Assembly (NCBI GenBank): GCA_016715075.1
Contig: JADKBK010000042.1
Location: 5,710 to 69,709 of the forward strand
DNA: 64,000 nucleotides
Direction of reading: 5' to 3'
Source of the DNA: Bacteroidales bacterium
Lineage (GTDB): Bacteria > Bacteroidota > Bacteroidia > Bacteroidales > VadinHA17
The stretch's first letter is position 1. The number at the start of each line of letters is the position of its first letter. The notes under the pieces are model-generated. The model made no database searches, had not been told where the DNA came from, and saw only the letters and a list, made by a program, of their open reading frames with translations. This document shows positions 40,385-50,181 of the stretch, piece after piece. Made by a program: the position numbers and the translations under genes.

Positions 40385-41221
40385 ATGTTTGACTTGTCAA
40401 TATCGGAGAATTGTGCTGGGGAGAATTCCAGGATCAACAAGATTGATTCCGGAACGGAGAAGGATACATTGAGGAATATTACGATAAATTGTCCGTCACT
40501 CATAACCGGGATGTCTCATGAGATGCGAACTCATATGAATGCCGTTGTTGCTTTTTCCTACCTGATGAAAGACAGTTGCTGCAGCAACTCAGACAGAGAG
40601 GAATTCAGCAATCAGATTCTGAGTTCATGTGAACAACTTATAGGGCTTTTTGACAGTTTCCTTGATTCAGCAATCATTGATTTGGGTAATTCAAAGAGTG
40701 ATTCAAGGATATGCAAACTCAATAACATGCTTGACGACCTTCTTTCCGAATTCAGGGAAATACTAAGGAGGGAAGGTCAGAAGGAACTGGAACTCATTAA
40801 TGAGGGCCAGGTTTCGGATATCTCCGAAGTTTTTCTGGACAAACACCGGGTTTTCAGGGTTATCCGGAGTTTATTCCAGAATGCTGTAAAGAACACAAAA
40901 TCTGGTTATATTAAAGTCGGTTACCATTTCAGGGATGACACTATAACCTTTTTTGTACTCGATTCCGGCCAGGGTTACTTTAAATGCAAAGAATTTCTTC
41001 ACACTGAGGATCTGAATGACTCGCTAGTCCAGCACAATGACATGTATACAGCGATCAACCTTACCCTGGCCAAGAAGCTTATTCATATGTTGGGTGGTAC
41101 AATCTGGATAGAATGCAACGGACTCACAGGGTCCGCAGTCTATTTCTCCGTTCCTGCAAAGGCGGCGGGCGCCACCGACATTAAAATTAATAAATACATT
41201 AATACCGTGATTGCTATCTGA
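40385..41221 (+). CDS. Histidine kinase core (HisKA plus HATPase_c) without TM or sensor domain
   Basis: H-box ITGMSHEMRTHMNAVVAF, N-box RSLFQNAVKNT, G1 VLDSGQG, G2-like GLTGSAVYF; 278 aa. 20 nt downstream of the anti-sigma-like gene. Confidence 0.75.
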   Translation: MFDLSISENCAGENSRINKIDSGTEKDTLRNITINCPSLITGMSHEMRTHMNAVVAFSYLMKDSCCSNSDREEFSNQILSSCEQLIGLFDSFLDSAIIDLGNSKSDSRICKLNNMLDDLLSEFREILRREGQKELELINEGQVSDISEVFLDKHRVFRVIRSLFQNAVKNTKSGYIKVGYHFRDDTITFFVLDSGQGYFKCKEFLHTEDLNDSLVQHNDMYTAINLTLAKKLIHMLGGTIWIECNGLTGSAVYFSVPAKAAGATDIKINKYINTVIAI

Positions 41222-41267
41222 AAAAGCAATAATTTATTTCAATGTCTGCGTGAATCTAATTTCACAA

Positions 41268-41297
41268 AATGGTCACTTTTATAAGTGGCCATTTTTC
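41268..41297. terminator. Bidirectional hairpin terminator between convergent genes
   Basis: aatggtcactt (41268-41278) / aagtggccatt (41283-41293): 11-bp stem with one G-U pair and a 4-nt loop. T-run after it on the plus strand, A-run before it. Confidence 0.5.
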
Positions 41298-43232
41298 ATT
41301 TTACGCTCTGGATTATCTTTGCTTCTGTGCGCCGGTTAAGTCTTCTGCCCTCTTCAGTAATATTATCACCAATAGGAGAAGTATTACCATATCCTTTCGA
41401 TTTCAGTCTGTCAGCTGAAATGCCCCTGTTTATGAGATAGCTTACGACCGACATAGCTCTTTTTTCTGAAAGTGAAAGATTATATTCCTTTGATCCGGTT
41501 GCATCAGTATACCCCCCTATTTCAATCAGCAGCCCTTTATTATCGATAAGAAGGTCGGCAAGTGTATTAAGTTCTGACATTGATTCCTTTTTCAGTTCCC
41601 AGGAGTCGATCTCATAAAATACATTCGTAAGCAGCATCGTCTCCCCCACTTTTAAGGGGCTGAGGCTAATCTTTTTGACATAAGGCTGGATAGCAGGATG
41701 CTCTCCTTCAAACATAAAATTTTCCGAATAGAACAGATAACCTGCCTTGCTTACATTTATCCCGTAATTATATCCCGACGGAAGACAGACAAGAAAATTA
41801 CCATTTCCATCTGTCGAACTTCTGATAGTTACTTTATTCGTTGAAAGATTTATTAATTCATATTTAGCTTTCAATAATCTGCCCGATTCCTTATCATATA
41901 CTTTCCCCTTAAGATAGGAGACAGCAGCAGGCCTGACAGATTCATAAAGGTCGAAATAGAATATATCTTTTCCGTTAATTTTATCCCGGATTGAAGAAAA
42001 ATAGGCTTTCTGCCCTCCGGATTCAATGACAAGTCCCATCTCATCATTGTATGTATTAATAGGATAGCCCAGATTTTGCGGATCTGACCACGAGCTATCA
42101 CTGTTCATCCTGGTCATGAAAATATCAAAGCCGCCAAGCCCGGTTCTGCCATCAGATGCAAAATAGAGGGTTTTTCCATCAAAATGAATAAAGGGAGACA
42201 TTTCATCGCCATCAGTATTTATTTTATCACCCATATTTACAGGAGTCATCCATTCATTCTTTTCATTCATGAGTGAATACCAAAGATCTTTGGCACCTAT
42301 CCCACCCGGTCTGCTACTGGAGAAAAAGAGTATTTTTCCATCGGCGCTTATTGAAGGCTGTGACTCCCAGTAGGATGAGTTTACAGGAGAACGGAGGTTA
42401 TAAGGCTCTGTCCATTTTCCGTCATTGAATGAGGAGAAATATATATCGCAGCTACCCACCCCTCCGGGTCTGTCACAGGCTGTAAAATACATATATCTTC
42501 CGTTGGATGAAAGTGTCTGGGCTCCTTCATTCTGCCTGGTATTCAGTGGAGTACCAGCATTAACTGATTTTTGCCAGGCATCATCAGTATAATAACTTAA
42601 AAGAAATCTTCCTGGAGGAATTCCTTGGAGGAGGAACCGCTATGAGAGACAGGCTGCCTCGTAAACATAAGGGTCTGTCCATCCGCTGTTATTGAAGGCC
42701 AATACTCATCATCAGTGGTATTTATTGCACCTCCGATATTAACCGGATTAAAAGGGACTGGGTTCTTCAGCGCATTAATTGAAAATTCACAATTTCTGAC
42801 ATTCTTAAGTGCAACAGTTCTGTTTTTCTCAGACATCCCCTTCTGCCAGAGGTATACATTAAAATGTACCAGGGCTCCTGCATATTCGCCGGATTTCATT
42901 TCAGCCATGCCCAGACTGAAAAAAACCTGTTTGAAGAACATTGAATCAAGCTTAACGGCTTTTCTGTAATTCGCAACAGCTTCAGTGTATCTTCGTTGTT
43001 TTGCCATTAATTCCCCGAGCATAATATATGCTTCAAAGAACTCCCCGTCGGCAGAGATAGCCTCCTTAAAAGATAATTCAGCCTTCGCAAAGTCGAAATA
43101 ATCATAAGAGGTAACACCCTCATTATACATTTTCAGAGCCTTGTTTGACCTGGTATGGAAGCTCTGGGAATAAGATATGCCTGATGCAGCAAAAAAAGTA
43201 ATCAGTATAAATATTGCAGTCAGCTGTTTCAT
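41296..43232 (-). CDS. OmpA family protein with N-terminal TPR and TolB-like (PD40) beta-propeller repeats, split by a homopolymer frameshift
   Basis: ORF 42597-43232 has a signal peptide, TPR and ...WPSITADGQTLMFT. ORF 41296-42492 has PD40-like repeats and the OmpA domain IEIGGYTDATGSKEYNLSLSEKRAMSVVSYL...NRRTE. The linking sequence SYYTDDAWQKSVNAGTPLNTRQNEGAQTLSSNGRYMYF is open one frame over. The shift is at 42597-42602. Confidence 0.8.
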
Positions 43233-43239
43233 CTAAGCC

Positions 43240-43851
43240 TCAGGGTATATGCATATATTTGTGGACCTGAAGGGAAATTCGCCATTTCGGATTTGCCTTT
43301 ATATATTCCACAATCTCCGGAATAATTATACCGAACCTGCTCCATTCCGGTTGAAGATATAAGCGACATGTGTCCGTTACCATACTCCTGTATTTCTCAG
43401 CCCAGTCAAAATCACTTTCGTCCTGAATAATAACCTTCAACTCATCAGCCCTGCCGCAAATATCATCCACAGGAGGCATATTCTTTTTCGGTGAAAGACA
43501 TATCCAGTCCCACATTCCACTCAGCGGATACGCTCCGGAAGTTTCAATAAAGGTATTAATTTTATTTTTCTTCAATCCGTTACACAGATAATCAAGATTC
43601 CACATAAGGGGCTCTCCGCCTGTAACAACTACAGAATCTGTGCCGGATTTTAACACATTTCCGATAATCTCATCAGTATGGATCATCGGATGGATTTCCT
43701 GATTCCATGAGAATCTTGAATCGCACCAGCTGCAACCAACATCACATCCACCCAGTCGTACAAAATATGCAGCCCTGCCTGTATGATAACCTTCTCCCTG
43801 TAATGAAAAGAATTCTTCAACAAGCGGCAGCCTGATTCCTTCTGTTGTCAT
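43240..43851 (-). CDS. queE: 7-carboxy-7-deazaguanine synthase (radical SAM)
   Basis: EEFFSLQGEGYHTGRAAYFVRLGGCDVGCSWCDS... gives the QueE-type N-terminus and CxxxCxxC cluster; 203 aa. Confidence 0.85.
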   Translation of the reverse strand: MTTEGIRLPLVEEFFSLQGEGYHTGRAAYFVRLGGCDVGCSWCDSRFSWNQEIHPMIHTDEIIGNVLKSGTDSVVVTGGEPLMWNLDYLCNGLKKNKINTFIETSGAYPLSGMWDWICLSPKKNMPPVDDICGRADELKVIIQDESDFDWAEKYRSMVTDTCRLYLQPEWSRFGIIIPEIVEYIKANPKWRISLQVHKYMHIP

Positions 43852-43920
43852 ATCCCAAATTTAGCAATTTTGTTTAACAGGATAGTATTTTGATTATTAC
43901 ATAAAACCTGAGCGACCTGA

Positions 43921-45037
43921 TCACTTAACAGGTTGTGACAATTGAATCTTCATAAGGTTCAAAAATTCTTCGTAAAAAAAAGTATTATCGTGAATGCCTG
44001 AGAATTTTTCCGCACCGGGTCCAAAAGAAAATATGGGTACCATAACAGCTGTATGATCACCATCGGTAAATTTCACTTCAACTTTATGGTCAGTCATACT
44101 TCCGCCTGTAAGTGCGATACCTCCAGTCTCATGATCAGCAGTTACAACTATCAGTGTATTCTTATTTCCGGATGCAAAATTCGCAGCAACTCCAATAGCA
44201 TTATCAAGATCCATCATCTCTGTTACCACATATTCAATATTTTGTGCATGGCCTCCCCAGTCGATCTGTGATCCTTCAACCATCAGGAAAAAAGCCCTTG
44301 TCATTTTTACTCAGAGTCTCTATTGCTTTTCGTGTCATTTCAGCCAGTGCTCCTGTCCGTCCAGCTGTAACCGGAGGCATATGTTCTTTAGCCAGCAGGG
44401 CGGCAAGTTTTTTTGATTCAGACTTCTTCATATCCTCAAGTGTATAAACCACATCAAAACCCTGCTGTTTCAGGTTAATAGTGAGGTCAGCGCTGTCCTT
44501 TCTGACCCTGAAATGGTTCTCTCCACCACCGATAAAGACGTCGACAGTCCCATTCAGAAAATCCCTGGCAATATCTTCGTAGTTCCCTCTCCCCGCGTTA
44601 TGTGCGACAAAGGATGCCGGCGTTGCATGTGTTATTGCGCTGGTACTTACAACTCCTGTGGCATAACCATTTTTATGGGCTAATTCCAATATTGAATTCA
44701 CGACTGAACTGTCAGGCCTTACTCCTATCATTCCGTTATTTGTTTTCGTTCCGCAGGCAATTGCAGTGCCACCTGCACCGGAATCTGTTATGTAGCTGTC
44801 GGCTGAATAGGTTTTGGAAAATCCGGAGTAGGGAAATGTTTCCAGATAAAAAGGTACCTGACTGACAGTCATGCCCGCGTAGACCTGGGAGACCCCCATT
44901 CCATCACCAATAAAAAGAATAATATTTTTTAATGATTTAACTTTTCCGGTCTTTTCCGTCCTGCCATTCCATTCGAATCCGGTTAGCATTACTACAGATA
45001 TCATGAGCAATGCATGAAGAGTGTTCTTTTTAATCAT
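43921..45037 (-). CDS. Alkaline phosphatase (PhoA family), split by a homopolymer frameshift
   Basis: NIILFIGDGMGVSQ, DSGAGGTA, ...KGFF|LMVEGSQIDWGGH, VTADHETGG and GDHT. The frames meet at 44286-44293 (GG plus A6 on the plus strand). The ATG at 45037 is preferred. Confidence 0.85.
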
Positions 45038-45218
45038 ACCTGGTTTTAAAATTAAAATTACAGACTGCAAAGATATTTATTTAATCCTCCGATATAAAAG
45101 ATTTGTTGTCAGGATTTGCAAAACCAAACTTATGAAAGAATAATATCATTTTATATAATCAGTGCCATATATTGATCAATCCTGTCTGTTAATTATATTT
45201 GCCTTTAAATACAGAAAT

Positions 45219-46394
45219 ATGGTAATAACAGGTCTTGAGGCTTTTCTTGACAGATTTCCCGTGGAATTGAAAGGGAAGAGGATTGGAATTTTATGTCATG
45301 CCCCGAGCATTACAAGGAAATTTGATCACATTACCGAAATTTTTCACCGCTCTTCCGAGTGCAGGATGACAGCGATCTTTGGTCCCCAGCACGGAATTCA
45401 TGGCCAGACTCAGGATAACATGATAGAGTGGCAGAGTATAAGGCATCCTGAATTTGACATACCTGTTTTCAGCCTGTATGGGGAGCACCGGAAACCAACT
45501 GCCCTGATGCTTGAGGAGATTGATGCCCTGGTAATTGATCTTCAGGATGTCGGGACAAGGATATATACCTATGTATGGACAATGAAGCTCTGTATGGAAG
45601 CCTGTTCTGAAGCCGGTATACCTGTCTGGATACTTGACCGTCCCAATCCTGCAGGTTCTCTTCCTTTTGACGGACCAGTACTGAAGAAGGATTATTTCAC
45701 ATTTGTGGGCGGAGCTTCAATTCCACTATGTCACAGGATGACCTTAGGGGAAATAGCATTATGGTTAAATGAAGAATACTACCCCCGGGCACGGGTTCAT
45801 ATAGTCTGGATGAAAAACTGGAAAAGAACTCTGCAATATGGAGATACAGGGCTTCCCTGGGTCTTGCCATCACCAAATATGCCCTCACCACAGACTACCA
45901 TTGTATATCCTGGCACAGTTCTTATTGAGGCCTTAAATTTGTCAGAAGGAAGAGGAACAACAATTCCCTTTGAGCTCTTCGGGGCTCCGTTCATTAATGC
46001 TGATAAGCTTAAGAATAATCTTCAGCAAAGGGCATTAAAAGGATGCAGCTTCAGAATACATAACTTCATACCAACATTTCACAAATTTGCCGGAGAGCTA
46101 TGCAACGGACTTCAGTTGCATGTCACTGATATCAGTCAATTCAGGCCTGTAGAAACAGGGCTTGAGATATTTGATGCCATCATTGAGACAACACCTGAGG
46201 GTTCACTCACCTTCAACCCTCCTCCTTACGAATATGAGAATCATCTTATGCCTTTTGATATTCTGGCGGGCGACTCAGGAATGAGAGAATGTCTTGTAAA
46301 CAGAAAGGATCTCAGGATTGAAACAGAGAGATGGAAAAGTGAAACAGAACTATTCAGAAGTGAATTCAGCCGCAGAGCATATTACCAGGAGTGA
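45219..46394 (+). CDS. DUF1343 family protein (NamZ-like exo-beta-N-acetylmuramidase family)
   Basis: MVITGLEAFLDRFPVELKGKRIGILCHAPSI..., FGPQHG and DLQDVGTRIYTY are family-typical as I recall. Start at the ATG at 45219. Confidence 0.65.
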   Translation: MVITGLEAFLDRFPVELKGKRIGILCHAPSITRKFDHITEIFHRSSECRMTAIFGPQHGIHGQTQDNMIEWQSIRHPEFDIPVFSLYGEHRKPTALMLEEIDALVIDLQDVGTRIYTYVWTMKLCMEACSEAGIPVWILDRPNPAGSLPFDGPVLKKDYFTFVGGASIPLCHRMTLGEIALWLNEEYYPRARVHIVWMKNWKRTLQYGDTGLPWVLPSPNMPSPQTTIVYPGTVLIEALNLSEGRGTTIPFELFGAPFINADKLKNNLQQRALKGCSFRIHNFIPTFHKFAGELCNGLQLHVTDISQFRPVETGLEIFDAIIETTPEGSLTFNPPPYEYENHLMPFDILAGDSGMRECLVNRKDLRIETERWKSETELFRSEFSRRAYYQE

Positions 46395-46410
46395 GATTCT
46401 GAATATCAGT

Positions 46411-46806
46411 TCACAGTCTTCGCTTCCTGAAAATATTTGATTTCAGTTTATCTACAAGGACTTGTGAGATTATCGGTTTGATCATATAATCGTCGAAGCC
46501 TGATTCCAGTATCTTTTCCTTTTCGTCCATCAGTCCGTAGGCTGTCTGGGCAATAATGATCACATCTTCCCTGAATTGACGTATTCTGCGGGCTGTTGCA
46601 TAGCCATCCAATACAGGAAGCTGTATGTCCATGAGAATAACATCTATATCAGGATTTTCCATTGCAATGTCAATTGCCTCCTGTCCGTCACCGGCATTAA
46701 GAGCTATCACTTCTGATTTTTCAAGTATCTTATTCAGATATAACCTGCTGGAGAAATCATCTTCAACAATAAGTATTTTTATTCCTTTCAGCGATTCATT
46801 TATCAT
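46411..46806 (-). CDS. Single-domain response regulator (receiver only)
   Basis: KILIVEDD..., phospho-acceptor context VILMDIQLPVLDG, ...IIAQTA..., ...DDYMIKP; 131 aa. Confidence 0.85.
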   Translation of the reverse strand: MINESLKGIKILIVEDDFSSRLYLNKILEKSEVIALNAGDGQEAIDIAMENPDIDVILMDIQLPVLDGYATARRIRQFREDVIIIAQTAYGLMDEKEKILESGFDDYMIKPIISQVLVDKLKSNIFRKRRL

Positions 46807-46817
46807 TCAGGATGTGT

Positions 46818-47201
46818 TTATTCAAAAAGTCCGTTATCTCTTAAAAGTAGTAGTATTGCAGAGTGAGATACCACAACATATTTCTCACTATTGAATTCGA
46901 TCTCAATGGCGCTGTTTTGCAAATATACAGCCTGATCACCTGCCTTAGGCTGAAGTGGAACATATTTTGGCTCATCCGATCTGTTTTTCCATGGTTCATC
47001 CACATCATTGACAGACGGAATAGGATAACCAGGTCCAACTTTCATCACATAGCCTATCTGCACTTTTTCATTCTCATTCACTCCGGGAGGAAGTAATAAA
47101 CCGCTTTTGGTCTTTGACTGCGGAACTTTTGGCCTGATAAGTATCCTGTCGCCGATTACAATAAGTTTATCCAAATCCTTCTCATCTAACAATACGCTCA
47201 T
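46818..47201 (-). CDS. GroES (Cpn10)-like family protein, long variant
   Basis: IVIGDRILIRP...SKTKSGLLLP......GYVMKVGPG......GDQAVY........F......YVVV....ILLLL follows the Cpn10 pattern with an inserted loop. The ATG at 47201 is preferred. Confidence 0.6.
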   Translation of the reverse strand: MSVLLDEKDLDKLIVIGDRILIRPKVPQSKTKSGLLLPPGVNENEKVQIGYVMKVGPGYPIPSVNDVDEPWKNRSDEPKYVPLQPKAGDQAVYLQNSAIEIEFNSEKYVVVSHSAILLLLRDNGLFE

Positions 47202-47315
47202 GTCTAATGTCAATTATCAACAAAATTATCATTTTTTACTTTAATCACTCACCTGAAGAAGAGTTTTAATTAATATTGTACCCGCAGGCAGAGATAAAAA
47301 CTGTCGTTCAGTTAA

Positions 47316-47927
47316 ATGGAATCAGATAATTATTTGACCATAAAATCATCATCCAGTGGGCTTTACAAGGAAAAAGGAAGCAGGTTCCTTTCGTTTGCCT
47401 TTCCGGTAGTACACCAGGATGAGGTAAAACCCATAATTGAAGGCATACGCAAGGATTATCACGATGCAAGACATCACTGCTATGCGTATATGATTGGAAG
47501 AGAAAGGGTGAACTGGAGGATAAATGATGACGGGGAACCGTCGGGAACAGCTGGACGTCCTATCCTGGGACAGATAAATTCTTCCGGACTTACGAATATA
47601 CTTATTGTTGTAACAAGATATTTCGGAGGGACCCTGCTGGGAGTAAGCGGACTGATAAATGCTTACAAATCAGCTGCTGCAGATGCAATTGGAAATGCAG
47701 AGATTATAGAAAAAACACTCCATGAGTATTATGCTATTGATTTTCCGTATATATCAATGAATGATATTATGAAAATCATGAAAGAGGAAGATATTCATCA
47801 GTCTGACCAGTCATTTGGGCTTGAATGTTCAATAATAATTGATTTCAGAGTAAATGCCAGGGAGAAAATAATGCGCCGGCTATCACGGGTTGAAGGGCTG
47901 ACTTACAAGTATATTGAGACCAGATGA
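47316..47927 (+). CDS. YigZ / IMPACT family protein
   Basis: KGSRFLSFAFPV..., DARHHCYAYMIG, DDGEPSGTAGRPIL and VVVTRYFGGTLLG. Confidence 0.85.
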   Translation: MESDNYLTIKSSSSGLYKEKGSRFLSFAFPVVHQDEVKPIIEGIRKDYHDARHHCYAYMIGRERVNWRINDDGEPSGTAGRPILGQINSSGLTNILIVVTRYFGGTLLGVSGLINAYKSAAADAIGNAEIIEKTLHEYYAIDFPYISMNDIMKIMKEEDIHQSDQSFGLECSIIIDFRVNAREKIMRRLSRVEGLTYKYIETR

Positions 47928-47994
47928 GTTAGTCTGAAGGGGTAAAAGTTTTTAGTAAATTATCAACACATTTCATAGTTCGATAATTCTTACT

Positions 47995-48002
47995 TAACTT
48001 TG
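47995..48002 (+). promoter_or_regulatory. Candidate -7 promoter box (TAACTTTG) for pyrBI
   Basis: Matches TAnnTTTG, 41 nt upstream of the pyrB ATG. Confidence 0.4.
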
Positions 48003-48042
48003 AATGTAAGTCCGGATATTATCCTGGTAATGTGCCAAACCA

Positions 48043-48951
48043 ATGAAAAACAGAAGCTTAGTCTCAATTGATGATTTTTCGACAGATGAGATAATCAAAA
48101 TTCTTGATCTGACTGAAGAATTTGAAAAACAACCCACCAGTAAATTACTCGAGGGGAAAGTAATAGCAACACTATTCTTTGAACCTTCCACCCGAACACG
48201 ATTAAGTTTTGAAAGTGCCATAAACAGGCTGGGAGGAAAAATCGTTGGATTTTCAGATGCGGCAAATTCCAGTGTCTCGAAGGGAGAGACACTGAACGAC
48301 ACAATAAGGACTGTGACAAATTACTGCGATCTGATTGTAATGAGACATCCCATTGAGGGAAGTGCCAGGTTTGCAAGCGAGATAGCCACGGTACCTGTTA
48401 TTAACGCAGGCGATGGAGCTAACCAGCACCCTACACAAACATTGCTGGATCTCTATTCAATACGCAAAACGCAGGGAAGGTTAAATGACCTCAATATTTT
48501 CCTTGTAGGGGACCTGAAATACGGCAGGACTGTCCATTCACTGATGATGGCAATGTCGAGATGGAAGGCAACCTTTAATTTTATCTCTCCTGAAGAGCTG
48601 AAGATGCCTGATGAATTTAAATATTATCTCGACAACCTGGGGCTCAAATATTATGAACATAATGACTTCACCGAAATTATATCACGGGCCGATATCATAT
48701 ACATGACACGTGTTCAGAAAGAAAGATTTTCTGATCCTATTGAATATGAAAAAGTGAAGAATGTCTATGTACTCAGGGATGCGATGCTAAAAAACACAAA
48801 GCCAAATATGAAGATCCTCCATCCTCTTCCAAGGGTTAATGAGATCCATCCCGATGTTGACAGCAACCCTAAGGCCTATTATTTTGAACAGGCGCTTAAC
48901 GGGGTCTATACACGTCAGGCCATACTATGTTCATTATTAGGAATCAAATAA
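48043..48951 (+). CDS. pyrB: Aspartate carbamoyltransferase catalytic subunit
   Basis: [19 protein letters not shown] and HPLPRV motifs; 302 aa. Confidence 0.95.
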   Translation: MKNRSLVSIDDFSTDEIIKILDLTEEFEKQPTSKLLEGKVIATLFFEPSTRTRLSFESAINRLGGKIVGFSDAANSSVSKGETLNDTIRTVTNYCDLIVMRHPIEGSARFASEIATVPVINAGDGANQHPTQTLLDLYSIRKTQGRLNDLNIFLVGDLKYGRTVHSLMMAMSRWKATFNFISPEELKMPDEFKYYLDNLGLKYYEHNDFTEIISRADIIYMTRVQKERFSDPIEYEKVKNVYVLRDAMLKNTKPNMKILHPLPRVNEIHPDVDSNPKAYYFEQALNGVYTRQAILCSLLGIK

Positions 48952-48964
48952 GGAGACAAGAGCC

Positions 48965-49423
48965 ATGAAGGAACCTAAACAGATGAGCGTAAGCGCTATT
49001 GAGAACGGAACGGTAATTGACCATGTTCCTGCTAAAAATCTTTTTAAAGTCATCCAGATCCTCGGACTTGATAAAATAGACAACCAGATAACCTTCGGAA
49101 CCAACCTGGAAAGCAAAAAGCTTGGAAGAAAGTCAATTATAAAGATCTCCGGCCTCTTTTTCCAGGATGAGGATATCAACAGGATAGCTCTTGTTGCACC
49201 CGATGCAAAACTGAATATAATCAGGGATTATGAGGTAGTTGAAAAAAAGGTCGTCGAGGTTCCTGATTCAATCACCGGAATAGCAAAATGCATGAATCCT
49301 AAATGCATAACCAACTATGAAACAGTGACAACCCGTTTCAAGGTAATGTCAAAGAAGAATGTTTCACTGAAATGTCATTACTGCGAAAAAATCACCAATC
49401 AGGAGAACATGCATATAATTTAG
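48965..49423 (+). CDS. pyrI: Aspartate carbamoyltransferase regulatory subunit
   Basis: VSAIENGTVIDH..., and a C-terminal zinc site CMNPKCIT...LKCHYCEK. Immediately downstream of pyrB. Confidence 0.9.
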   Translation: MKEPKQMSVSAIENGTVIDHVPAKNLFKVIQILGLDKIDNQITFGTNLESKKLGRKSIIKISGLFFQDEDINRIALVAPDAKLNIIRDYEVVEKKVVEVPDSITGIAKCMNPKCITNYETVTTRFKVMSKKNVSLKCHYCEKITNQENMHII

Positions 49424-49432
49424 GGTTCCTCT

Positions 49433-49900
49433 TCAGCGCAGCCTGTCATAAGATTTTACAAGTCGATCATCCTTCAGGATTCCCCTGTAAGCTAAAAACG
49501 AGAACAGCAGTATCAGCACAGGAAGTCCCATATTTAATCCGGGAATCACATTCATGCTGAAAGCAGCTTTCATACTGAAAGCATACCATAACAATAATGC
49601 GATGAGTCCAGTTGATAGTATTATCAACACTCCTGTAAGAAGAAGCTGTTTCTTCCTTTTCCTGAATAACAGGATGGTGATGATTGAAATCAAACAGATA
49701 AGTATCAGAATAGCCATCACTGACAAGGTACCTTCAGCCTTTTGAATGACCTGGCCGGTCTGATCGGTGAGATTGCCGTTAATTAAGAGCTTCAGTATTC
49801 TTCCGGATTCATCACTGAAGCGCAACAGGTTCCCTGTTAATAACAGCAGTGAAACAATAATTACTGCTGAGAGATATAGTGATTGTATTCGTTGTATCAT
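49433..49900 (-). CDS. DUF4293-like integral membrane protein
   Basis: MIQRIQSLYLSAVII... N-terminus and four or five TM segments; 155 aa. Confidence 0.55.
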   Translation of the reverse strand: MIQRIQSLYLSAVIIVSLLLLTGNLLRFSDESGRILKLLINGNLTDQTGQVIQKAEGTLSVMAILILICLISIITILLFRKRKKQLLLTGVLIILSTGLIALLLWYAFSMKAAFSMNVIPGLNMGLPVLILLFSFLAYRGILKDDRLVKSYDRLR

Positions 49901-50071
49901 TTTTTCACATATTTTATGTCTTTGTAAAAATACGTCTTTTCATTAATTTTTAAAACTCAAATAAATCAGCTTATGCAAAATGAAATTCAACCGGTTAATC
50001 AATGATTCAGATATTCTCAATATTTAACATATTTTAATGTTTGCAATAATCTTGGTCATCTGCAAATTAGC

Positions 50072-50079
50072 TACTTTTG
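50072..50079 (+). promoter_or_regulatory. Candidate -7 promoter box (TACTTTTG) for the RND efflux operon
   Basis: Matches TAnnTTTG, about 100 nt upstream of the ATG at 50182, in a long AT-rich intergenic region. Confidence 0.3.
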
Positions 50080-50181
50080 TATTTTCTTGTCAAACATGTT
50101 TCTCCTGAAAAATATTTATTACGTACAGGGTTAAAAAAATTGCGGGAGCATGAGAGTTACATTAATATTTATGATTGTCGT

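Noticed and set aside
43240-43851. Radical SAM enzyme as a possible maturase for the GG-leader peptide.
   Set aside because: The sequence has the QueE-type N-terminus and size (7-carboxy-7-deazaguanine synthase). It lies 4 kb from the peptide, beyond unrelated genes on the opposite strand. The core peptide also has no Cys to crosslink.
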